A stretch of DNA of 64,000 nt, from the NCBI RefSeq assembly GCF_009914755.1, contig NC_060940.1, one strand, 5' to 3'. Under the pieces are notes generated by a model that was not told the origin of the DNA, searched no databases, and saw only the letters and a list, made by a program, of their open reading frames with translations. The stretch comes from the human T2T-CHM13v2.0 reference genome, Homo sapiens. Shown here piece after piece: positions 48,786 to 64,000 of this stretch (the stretch's first letter is position 1; every line of letters begins with the position of its first letter). Position numbers and translations under genes: made by a program.

Positions 48786-49100
48786 TTTATTTTGATTTTA
48801 TTTTATTAGAGACAGGGTCTCACTCTGTCACCCAGGCTAGAGTGCAGTGGCGCAATCATAGCTCACTGTAGCCTTGAACTCCTGGGCTCAAGCAATCCTC
48901 CCTGTCTCAGCCTCCTGAGTAGCTGGGACTACCAGCTCAAGCCACGATGCCCAGCTATTTTAAATTTTGTTTTGTGTTGTTTTTTGAGAGATGGGGTCTC
49001 TGTGTTGCCCAGGCTGGTCTCAAATTCCTCACATCCAGCATTCCTCCTGCCTTGGCCTCCCAAAATGCTGGGATTACAGGAAAGAACCACTGCGCCCACC
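48786..49100 (-). mobile_element. AluJ
   Basis: Reverse Alu about 67 nt downstream of the exon. Confidence 0.88.
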
Positions 49101-49316
49101 CTTAATCTGGGTTTTTTCTGGTCCTATTTTGTTACTGTTCTCTATGGTATGAAAGGTGGTTTCTCAAAGGTTAATAAACTTACAACTTTGGTTTTATTGA
49201 TCTGTTTTTCTGTGAGATTTGCATTTTCCCATTTCTGCCTGACAGCAACAGAGGTAAGTGATTTACAATGATTAGTTACAGAAATCTAACCAGAAGGAGC
49301 CCCTTCTTACGTAACA

Positions 49317-50517
<1,201 letters not shown>

Positions 50518-51216
50518 GTCCAAACTTTTTATATCTGTGGAAGGGTTCCCTAAGGCTCTTTCATTATTTCATGTCTATTCAAGGAGAATAACTTTCATAT
50601 GTATTTGTTTGCTGGTTAGCAAGTTATTTAGCACAACTAAACTTAAGACCTAAATTTAGAAACTATCTGGAAATCAGGGGAGGTAATAGTATCCACCCTG
50701 GGATTATGAAGCTTAAGTGAACCAATGAATGTATAGCTCTTAAATAGTGCTTGGAACACTATTAGTGATGATGTGGCTACTATCATTATTGTTCTTATTG
50801 TTGGTACTGTATAGCTGAATGGTGTGGTCTGATTGTCTAAATGGTGTGCTTTGGAGTTGTCTCTTAAGATTTCTAAATTCTTAAACTTTGGTGTGGTAGG
50901 ATTTCTGGAAATGGAGTAAGTGAGCCCCAGCTATTCATTAAGCCAGAAAATGGTCACTAAAATGCTGATCGAAAGGCATGACTGACGTAGCCAACACTGC
51001 CTTTTGTTCTACCCTCTTGGAGATGTTTGCTCAAGCCATGATTGGATCAGGCCTGATGACCCCTTTGGCATTTCAAGGTTTAGTGCTAACCAGTCTTGGT
51101 CCTAGAAAGCTTGTTCTCATTGACCTGTATGTAGTTAATGTTGAGATCTCTATGGAAGACACTCATCTGAATCGGCCATCGCTTCATTACCATTTCTATT
51201 TTATTAATAAATTCAG

Positions 51217-51294
51217 AGTGTGAACCGGTTGGCAATGGAGACAAGAAAAGTAATGAAAGGAAATCATTCCAGAAAGACAGCTGCATTTGTCCGG
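51217..51294 (+). CDS. VPS35L: VPS35L coding exon (~exon 25), 78 nt: [26 protein letters not shown]
   Basis: taaattcag acceptor; CGG|gtatgt donor. Confidence 0.95.
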
Positions 51295-51713
51295 GTATGT
51301 TCTTAAGATAAGGACTGTTGGACCTCGAACTCCAGTGGGCTGTTTAGTTTGCAGGTTACTAAATTACATTTCCCAGAAAAAGATGAGTATGTCATGATAA
51401 GAATGGTTTAGTATTGATTTTTCAGATTAATTTTTCCCTGTATCTATGGGATGAGCCATTTTCTAATGTTTTCAAGAGAAATGGTTAAATGAGTCTGAAT
51501 TTTAATACGTGTTGTGGGGAAGGTGAATGAGCGATGGATCTGCATTTTTATGTGCCAGCTGAATTAGCTTTCATTTTCTCTAATATACTAATATAAGACA
51601 TATTTTATAACATTATAAAATATAAAATAGTTTTCTAATATAAAAATATGTATAATAATATTGTTCTTGTAACTGAAAGGCCTTTTTTCCTCTAGATAAT
51701 AATGATGCCCAAC

Positions 51714-52339
<626 letters not shown>

Positions 52340-52810
52340 CTGCTCAGAATTTTAAGAAAGAAATATGTGTCTGTGTTTTTAAACATGAAATTATACTGAA
52401 AAGATTACAGTAAAAAATAAGCATCCTGGCTCTGCCCTTTGTCACCTTGCTTCTCTTTCCTCAGTTAGCCACCTCAAACTCTTTAGCAACTGTTTCTAAT
52501 TACCTCCATATTTTTAAGCAATTGGTTTAAACAGCTGTCTCTCAATTTATCAATGTTAGGTGTTACGTATTTACTTCCCGTGATGGTGGGTGAGGATTTG
52601 TTTTTCCTGCATTATCACTCACTCCCCTCACACCCCTGTCCTCCTAGAGGGTCATCAGAGCAGAGTTGTACAAGAGGGGAAAATGGGGCTCAGAATGTGG
52701 AGATTCACTGTTGTAAGTTTCTTTCCTTGGAAATACATGAGGGATGAAAACAGGAGTATGATTCTGCCACCGTTGCACTGCCAGCGTTAATGTTTCTTCC
52801 CTTCTCCTAG

Positions 52811-52925
52811 GCCTGTGTTGCCTACTGCTTCATCACCATCCCCTCCCTGGCGGGCATCTTCACACGTCTCAATCTCTACCTGCATTCTGGTCAGGTGGCC
52901 TTGGCCAACCAGTGCCTCTCCCAAG
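52811..52925 (+). CDS. VPS35L: VPS35L coding exon (~exon 26), 115 nt: [38 protein letters not shown](A)
   Basis: cttctcctag acceptor; AAG|gtaagt donor; next exon not found in the window. Confidence 0.95.
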
Positions 52926-53017
52926 GTAAGTCCATCATTCTCTCATCTCGGGCACTCCCTTGCTGCTTAGGAAAACTGACTCAGGTGTGTGCGTATGTGT
53001 GTAGAGAGAGACAAAGA

Positions 53018-53317
53018 TTTCTTTTTTTAGAGACAGAGTCTCACTCTGTCACCCAGGCTGGAATGTAGTAGTGCAATCATAGTTTCCTGTAACCTCGAAC
53101 TCCTGGGCTCAAGCAGTCCTCCTGAGTAGCTGGGACTGCAGGCGCACACCACCACACACAGCTAATGTTTTTATTTTTATTTTTTATAGAGATGGAGTTT
53201 CGTTTTGTTGCCTGGGCCTGTCTTGAACTCCTGGGCTCAAATGTTCCTGCTTCCCACCTGGGCTCAAATGATCCTCCCAAAGTGCTGGGGTTACAGGCCT
53301 GAACCACTGTGCTCAAC
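53018..53317 (-). mobile_element. AluJ
   Basis: Reverse Alu. Confidence 0.85.
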
Positions 53318-53689
53318 CAAGAGAGATTCCTTTAAGGAGGAAAGAAAAAAAAAGATGAATAAATGATGAGTTTTAAATTTGTTTCTCCGCTAGGAAGCAC
53401 ATTGGACACATATGCATTTATAGAGTCAAACAGATCAGAGAGCACAGATAGCTTCCTGTAAGAACCTTCTTAAATCTGTCTAGGACAGACCGGGTCATGC
53501 AGCTCAGACATCCTGAGCTCAGCACACCTGGAGAAAGTGAGACATGAGGACTGCTTCACAGTGGTAGATTCATGTTTGTTTGTTGTTGTTGTGGATGTTT
53601 GTGTGTTTGAAACCCCAGAAACACACAAGTACCATCTAATCTGTGATAGAACAAATACCCTACAGTTTGCTGTTACAGATAGTTTCTGC

Positions 53690-54160
53690 CCAAGACTGGT
53701 CTTTCCATACTAGACACCAAAGCCATCCATTAGGCAAGGATGCTCAGGATCATTTATTTGGGAGAAGGTGATCTCAGTGATATCAGAAGAGTGATGTGAG
53801 ATGAGACAGGGAAGGAAAGGAAGCCAGAAAAATAGGAACCATTGAACAGGTCGTTCCTGTGGGCAGCTGAAGCTCATTCCCATCTGGGAGGTGTTGTCAG
53901 ACAGCCAGTGTTTCTCCATCTGAAGGGCAAGGAAGACAGGTGATTTTCCCTTTATTCTCATCTGTCATTGACAGAGTGCTGCTTCTAGGATATTAACCCC
54001 CTGGCATTCTGGCCTGCTCCACACTTGAGCCAAGAGAAGGCACTCAGGTGGAAAGCCCAAGTGTTTGCTGCAGGACACCCTGGTTACCTACTGCAACGGT
54101 GTACGCCAAGGGCCTGCAGGCAGGTTAGCAACAGGGTACCCACCCTGCAGGCCGTAACAC
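53690..54160. mobile_element. Possible ERVL LTR (LTR16-like)
   Basis: tttatttgggagaaggtgatc...gtgagatgagacagggaagg recalls LTR16. Confidence 0.45.
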
Positions 54161-54789
54161 AGAGGGTAAAAGAAATCTTTACGCGACATTTATGGAGTGT
54201 TTGTTATGTGGCAAGCCCTTTGCACAAGTTATCTCATTTCATCCTCCCAGAAGCCACATGGGGCCGGTGCTGTGGCTGGTGCCTTATTACCCAGGTGAGT
54301 AAACTGAGGGAGAGAGTGGCCAACTAACTTGCTTGGGGTAGATCCACTCCTGAGTCACTGAACCAGCTCTCAGCCCCTGATCTGTCTGGCTCAAGGCCAT
54401 GCCCCTTCACCACTGCATTGACTGGGAAGCCTAAAGGAATGCCGGGGCAGTTCCATAGCGCCATAGGAGGTGGACTGAGGTTTTCAGTGGTGGTTCTTTT
54501 CCTGACACAACTGCACAGATTATGCCAAGGCTGGCGCCTCACCACTTGTTGCCATTGTCTTCGTAGGGCATTCTGGGCCAATTGGAGAGTGATCACTTCT
54601 CCATTCTTTGAACCACTGCCATGGAAGTTTTGGGGATCATCTGTGTCATGATTCAACTGGAGCAGCTCTGGGCAGTGAAGTCTTCATACATGGTTACTGC
54701 CCAGGAACCTTTAAAACTCGGCTTGCTTTTGCTTCTAACTCATGGGGGACTTCAGTAGCTTCTGAGTGCAGCTGAACACTTGCCTCTTG

Positions 54790-55230
54790 ATTTCCCCTGT
54801 GAGCTGGTGCCTGCCCACCTCCATCCTCAACCACCTGCATCCTCATCTCCCATTTGCTTTAGTCACACAGGCCTGCTTCTGTTCTTTGAACACACTCAGT
54901 GGTCTCCCAGTTCAGAGCCTTTGTGGCTTTTTTCCCTCTTTCTACAATGATCTTTCCCCAGATAGTTGTATTTTTTTTGAATTACAAGGCAGATGGTGAG
55001 AACAAGCCACAGCTCCTTACGGAGGCCTCTGCTGGCCACTCTAGCTAGAGTAGCCGCCCTGCCCTACTCTGTCACCCCTGCAGCATCAACCTCATTATCA
55101 TTGTTGCACACTCCACAATCCGATGCTTTCTTACTGTGTTTGTTTACTTGCTTATTGTCTCTGATACCCCCTCTCCCCACTAGGACAGGCACGTGTCCTC
55201 ACTAGGACAGGCACGTGTCTTCATTGTGTG
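54790..55230 (+). mobile_element. L2 fragment
   Basis: tgtttacttgcttattgtctctg...ctctccccacta. Confidence 0.6.
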
Positions 55231-55285
55231 TAGGTCAACATGGAACTTTCTCCTACTGCTTGCTTTGGTAAGAATGATGGGTTAT

Positions 55286-55401
55286 CGGGAGGCTGAGGCA
55301 CAACAATCGCATGAACCTGGGAGGTGGAGGTTGCAGTGAGCCGAGATCGCACCACTTGAGCAACAGAGCAAGACTGTCTTGAAAAAAAAAAAAAGAAAGA
55401 A
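55286..55401 (+). mobile_element. 5'-truncated Alu right arm
   Basis: Right arm plus A-tail; degenerate TSD aatgatgggtta/acaatgggtta. Confidence 0.85.
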
Positions 55402-56815
55402 ACAACAATGGGTTAGTGAGAAACAAAACAAAAATTAACAGTCACCACCAAAAACCTAGTAATGCACAGGATGAAAATTAGAAGACGCTTCCTTGGATAT
55501 TAGAAATTTTAAATCTGCTTATAAATGGGTTCCTTCTTTAAAAGCTCAGGAATGGTGGACTTAGGTAGGCACACCTGAGTTGGTTTTACCTGCAATACTA
55601 GGAACAAATTGTGAGCTGCAGATACCAAAGCTATGACACCACTTACCAGAACTGCAAGGGGAGGCTTTAGAAGCCTAGATCTTTCTTCTTCCCATGTTAT
55701 AAAATCAGGACCATGGATCTGAATGTTGTGGATCTTGGGAAATTTATAATTAGATCCCATGTAGGGCTTTATGATAATTTTTTTTGAAAAAGCAAAACAA
55801 AAATTCTCTACCTGGATAAAGGTATCCCCCTTATCAAAGATTTGGTGCTCCCAAGAACTGTTGAAGGAGAGCTGTAAGTAGTTTCTCCCTGTTGTGCTTC
55901 CTATAACGTCCTCGGTCCCCACTGAGGGACAACTGGTGTGAGAACAGCCCCATATACTGTGCATGGATAAAGACAGCATCCTCGGTGTCAGGACTCTGGG
56001 CTCCTTGTCTGTCTCCCCTGTCACTTTTCAGCTACTGCAGGAGAATGGGAATGTGGAGTCCACTTCATGTTTAATAATTTATCTGATGATTTTTACTCAA
56101 GTCTCTAAATGCTGTGGCGCTAAACCTTAAAAGCCTATTATTTTTCTCCTGAAAGCCACAGGCAGCAATTGCTGGCCAAAATAAATAATGCATTCAATTA
56201 CTGAGAATGAGAAGGCTAAATATAAATTAAATGAAGCTCATGGAAATGCGCTGCTTTTGTTTGCCTCCCTAAACATCCTCCCCTTGCAGCTGGTTATAAA
56301 ATGTCCCCGTCCCTCCAGTTCATTTTGTTGCCTCCCTTAATCCGGCCTTGGTTGTATCTTCTTTGGCAGGCTGTGGCTTTCCCAAGGCTGGGTCCATCCC
56401 GACAAGTAAACTCCTGTTGAACCCTCAGGCAGGCTGGCGCAGGATGCTGATGAGGGCTTGTTGCAGGGGAGGCCTGGTTCTGTTCCTTTGTACACACCGG
56501 TGCTGTGCATAGACTGGATTGTGCAGGGATTTGGCACGCATGCTTGTGCCCACCACCCCAGAGTATTTAGGAGAAATGAAGGACTTGCAAGCTAGAGATT
56601 TGGTCGATCAGATGCTTCTTAACTGGAGATGGCCTAGCAATGTCTCTCTTTTCTTTCAGTCCCTTCTCTAGGTAACTTCTTGCCCTTGTTTGTCAATGGC
56701 TCTTTCTAGAAAATTATTTCCAGGCCACAGCAAGAGCAGGTTCTTTTCTCCTTTATTTTTACCTTTGTTTCTTTATCTTTACAGTTTATAATCTAGAAAA
56801 GGTACGTGTTTTACA

Positions 56816-57129
<314 letters not shown>

Positions 57130-57768
57130 TGGGGGCATTTTACAATGGAAGTATGTTTAAGGTGGGTCTTAAAAGAAGAACATGTGTTTATGAGAACATG
57201 GGAAGGGAAGAAGGAAGGATTAGCATTCCTGGTTGAGTAAATGGCCTGAGCAAAGGCATGGAGATGTGGAATTACATGATGTATTTGGCCAACAGCAGAA
57301 TGTTGGGATGAGGCCCTAATTAGTACTGACTTTCAAGTCTTCTGCTTGCATTGGTCCCAGTCCTGACTCTGCCACCTACAAGCCAGGTGCTCTTGGATGA
57401 CTCGGCCTTTCTGTCCTGTTTCCCCATCTGTAAAGTGGAGATGATGACAGTGGTACCTATCTGTTGAGTGTTAAATGAGAAAATGGCCTTAGAGCACTTG
57501 GCCCACCGGCACATAGTAGCTGCTTAGTAAGTATTATCTTAGTATAAACATCTCTCAAATGATGAAAGTATGCCATGGGTTTTAGGAGCTAACTGTATAC
57601 AGTACGTTGAGAGCTGTTTGATTTTATAGTTAGAAAGCCAGATTATTTTTCATATGCAAAGCATTGGGGAAGCTGTAGGAAACTTAATCTTTGTTTTGAG
57701 ACAAACTGATGAATTATGCTAAAAAGACTTGCGGTTCCTCCAAAGCTGAAACAAGATAGAACAATTAA

Positions 57769-58098
<330 letters not shown>

Positions 58099-59078
58099 AA
58101 GAATGATTTTATTATCATTAATAATCATGCTTTTCCCACCTTCTGTAGGGATCTCCCCTGTTCTTTTAGAACTTACTTTCTTTTATTTTTTGCATCTTCA
58201 TCCTTCAGAGCTGGGTTCATATGTCATGTCTTTAGAAAAACCGTCCTTGGCCTTCCCATTTCTGCAGATAAACAGAAAGTTAGGTCAGGTCATCCTGTAC
58301 GATATATTATCCGCTCACCTGTGCTTTTTCTCCATTATGCTTATCACTGTTATTTAACAAGTAAATATGTAAGTAGTTGTCTGCTTTTCCCCCTGTAAGC
58401 GCATCACCTCCATGAGGTCCTGTCTGTCTGGTTTACTCAAAAAGTTTGAGATTTTGGAGCACTTTGGATTTCAGATGAGGAATGTTCAACCTGTATATGG
58501 AGCCCCTGGCTACCACAAACTGTAATGGCTAATGGAAATAGCCAGGGCCATGATGTGGGAGAGAAAAATTATTTTGCATTTCCTCTTCCTGGAGAGTCAA
58601 GAATGGCTTGTGAAGGAGAAAAATAGTTTTCACACATTTACCAGGTCTTGGCGATTTATGTTTAAGTTCCTATTTAGTTTAGTTAACAGAACATCCTTTG
58701 AAGAGTGTTTGATTTGATTGTTTTCTCCAACCCTGAGGCCTCTTTGGTGAATGCAGACAAAGTAGGTTATTTTAGTTGGAACAGTTCACAGCAGGGCAGA
58801 TGGCATCAAGCTTGTCGCCCACGTTCACATCTGTCCACACATGATCCATCCATCTTAGGGAGTGTCAAGGCCTGGGAAGGATGGCAGCTGCTCATGGAAC
58901 CCACAGAAAAAGGGCACGGGCAAGTCTCCTCCTGACAATCCCTCAGACCCTTATAATAGTTAAATTATAACCTGCAGTTGCTTCCTCCTGTCAGTATTTT
59001 CTGGTCATCTTTTACATGCGGCCCACTGTGCCAAGCATTGTATGGGCAACAGGAATGCACTTAAAGAGACTACAGGCT

Positions 59079-59379
<301 letters not shown>

Positions 59380-60875
59380 AGACGACAGGCCATTCAGGGA
59401 GAGCAAATCTGTTTACAATTATTACACTAGGCGACACGTGATAAAGCTCATGCAGTATGGACATAAAATGTGCTTGGGAATTTTAGAGCAGAGAGAATTA
59501 ACCCTTGACTTGAAAGAGGAAAAAAAAAAGAGGTGGCATTGAAGAGCCTGGAAGGTCAGGGAATATCTTGTTATTATACTGAAGTAAGGTGTATGGCATT
59601 CTAGGTTGAGGCCTGGAGGCTGAGAAAACAGTACGTCTGGAAGGAATGAGGAGGAGATCAAGTTAAGGTGATAGTTGAGGGCCTAATTGTTGAGAGGTCT
59701 GAACTCCTGGCAAAATAGTTTTATTCAGTACGTATTATTAGGTAGGTGGTTTATCTTTATTTTGCAGCTGGAGAAACTGAGGCTCAGGCCGTGCTCAGGA
59801 ACATCCAGCTAATGAGTGGCCTTATCTGGATTTAACCACTGTGCCTCTCTATATTAGGTTAGTTCTTCTGTATCATAACATAGGGTTGTATTTCTAATCC
59901 CAAGTGCACGTGGTTGCTGGAGGTCAATTATTACGGATTGAGCATTAGATAAACTAGAAAACAAAGAACCAAAATTAAGATAAGGAATACCTAATCCTTT
60001 CTGCTTAGGGAAATCTAAGCCTACTTTTCACAGAGACAATACGCAACCTCAAATGAGCTACTGCATGGATGAGAGAAAGGTATGTCATCCTGTAGTATCT
60101 CCGAGGTAGGAGTTAGGTAACACATGGGCTGAGCATGCTTGGCTCAGTGAGAGAGCCCTTGACAGTTCAGAGAATAGAGGGAGGGAGAGAGTGCAGGAGC
60201 CTTCTGATGGTACTACCGAAGCTAAGAAGTAATTTATATGTCCCAAGTGGATTTTTCACATTAAGTGTTGATATTCAGAATGAACTTAAAAGGCATTCTG
60301 CATAAACCAGGTGGCAAAATCAAAGTTAGATTAAGCCATCATTGATAGCAATTAAGCATTAATGTATAAGGTATTTAATTGTTCCTGGAGATTCATATTT
60401 CTTTACATCTTGCTTTATGTACATATCAAAATAGTGGCCCCTAAGTCCTCAAACTTAGCTGTTGGAATAACAAGTTCTATTACAAAAACACAGGCTAGTA
60501 ATAGATAGTGGTAAATCTCTATCAGTGACTTGCCTGTGGATAACTTGGCCACTGAGACCACAAGGCTTTGCCAAAGGCACCCCATCACTTGGTGGCAGCA
60601 CATCTTCATTGCAGGCAAAGTTTTCAGGAAGAAGATATGTCTGGATGTTGCATTTTATGTGGTAGTTTCCATGATATTGATATTGTCAATCCAAACCTAA
60701 ACTCATACGGAGATAGAAAATGTTGAAGATGGGTAAAGATGTTTTGCAATGGGGTTTGTATACCTTGAGAGAGAGTGATGATTTTTATAGCCAGAACCCT
60801 GCTTTACTAATACACATTCAAGAGATGGGAGTCTTCAACCCTTGGAACATCTTGTCTTAAGAACTTACGATTTTT

Positions 60876-61251
<376 letters not shown>

Positions 61252-62820
61252 CTAGGAGGGTAGTTGGATTGATGGATTGATGGATTGAAGATCTAGGAGT
61301 GAAATGAATTAACTTTGAGGTTTTGTTCAGCCTCAGGAGTTTATGACTGACGAGTGGTAAAGATTTCCATTAGCACTGACCTAATGCATTATTGAAAAAA
61401 AGCAAAATGCCAATTTTGAAGGTGGGATGGGTTATCACTTCTTGACTGTCACTTATGATTCATGTATTGACTCATTTTCCATATCACCAATGCCAACCAT
61501 ACAAAAGGTTGCATTTACTCTTGTAGGTCCTAGTTAAGTCTGAATTCCTTTTATCATGTATTGAGGGTGTTTGGTGAGATTGTCCTGTATCCAGTTGAAA
61601 ATCTAGGCAATCTGTATTTTAAATCTTAATGACTTTCACTATAAAAATTCAGAATGCTCATTTGAAAAACTTCCAACCATACAGAAATGTAGGACTCTTA
61701 AAAAGTAAAAAGCCCTGAGATAAAAGTCTCCAATAATATGCTGTATCTCCCCACCCCACCCCCAAATCTGCTGTTGTTAACAGTATGGACATCTTGATTT
61801 TTTTCTTTTATATATCCATTTTAAAATATTCATTATTCTTGTATGCTCTCTGCCTCTCTATTCTCCTTTCTCCTTCACTCTCCATTTATCTATATTCTCA
61901 TATATATATATATGTAGTTCTCTTTCCCCCTTAGCAATAAATGGAATTATGTCTTCTACAGTGTTTTTCATAAGCCTTTTTTGGCTTCTCTGTAAATCTT
62001 GGTGTCAATCAGTACCCTCTTTGTAATGGCTGTTTGGTATTCTGTTTCTTCTTTTTTTTTGGAAGTGCTACAAATTATTTCTTCAAATGGCCCCCCTCTA
62101 TTTTTTTTCCTCCGAACTCCTGTTGAAAAATATATGAACTCTTTGCAAGTTTTTGCTCTGGCAGACAATAAATAACCTGCATCTTAATTCTGAGCACTTT
62201 GAAGCTTTCTGACAGTTGCCCAATTGGTATTTTAGCCTCTTAGAATGTGGAACTCTATTGTTCAGACAGAGGCGTATTGAAAGCCTTGGTACACACAACA
62301 GATGCCAGTGGGGCTCCTCAGGTGGACATCCCAGTGGGAGGTTACTGCCCCTGAATTATCTACAGGAGCTCCAAGAGGCCCCAGAGCACGATATGGAGCT
62401 TTTTAAAGCCTTGAGAAGAAGAACCCTTGCAAGTGGACTGACTGGGGAGCTTCAAGCCTGAAGTCTGACTCATTTCATGGAGAAGCTAATTAGAGAGGAC
62501 CCTTCCCGCCATCCTCACGGTGCAGTGCAGAACAGCATCCCTGGTTGGTCCCCACAGTGTGTGTATCACCCCTCAGCTTGGTGCTGTGCCTTACACATAC
62601 AGGGAACTGGGGTGGCTGCCCCTTAGAACAGCAGGAGTATTAAGAGTCCATGCAGTGTGTGGCCCTGTCCCTACTTCCATCTCCACCTTGTCCTACTCTG
62701 GTTAAATAGGGAGTACATTGTTTTGCCATATTTCTGTTTTATACATTTCTAGGACTGAACATTTTACAGCAAACTTGTATTGCCTTTGTATGTTCAAGAA
62801 AAATTATTTTTAGAAATTTA

Positions 62821-64000
<1,180 letters not shown>

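Noticed and set aside
55509-56024. 171-aa ORF on the - strand, the longest in the window
   Set aside because: Begins at a non-ATG codon, has no recognisable homology and no retrocopy hallmarks; the length is compatible with chance
60305-60600. Partial CTCF-like words (aaccaggtggcaa; cacttggtggcagca)
   Set aside because: Mismatches at key core positions

Overview
Primate (most likely human) genomic DNA lying entirely inside the VPS35L (C16orf62) gene, which encodes the Retriever/Commander scaffold subunit, on the + strand. I assembled 18 internal coding exons by hand (1,497 nt, one continuous open frame, GKLVYERIF...[10 protein letters not shown]). From memory these are roughly residues 242-741 and exons ~9-26; that numbering is not verified. 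All introns are GT-AG; one (9134-9832) is a clear U12-type minor intron. Introns hold about 60 Alu copies or fragments plus MIR, L2, old L1, MaLR LTRs, hAT/Tigger DNA transposons and a solo HERV-K-type LTR nested in an Alu. Almost all ORFs in the supplied track are repeat-derived or chance. No RNA gene, CRISPR array or independent second gene was recognised, and I cannot firmly support a wholly new biological system. The best leads are: a possible splicing-based dosage control layer (minor intron, stop-containing alternative acceptors, candidate microexons, exons clamped by inverted Alus); a 37-bp L1-mobilised retrocopy of a MaLR LTR poly(A) end; an Alu with an internal fold-back insertion; a 106-bp tandem duplication; and a strong CTCF motif. 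Repeat family names come from recalled consensus sequences, and repeat boundaries are approximate.
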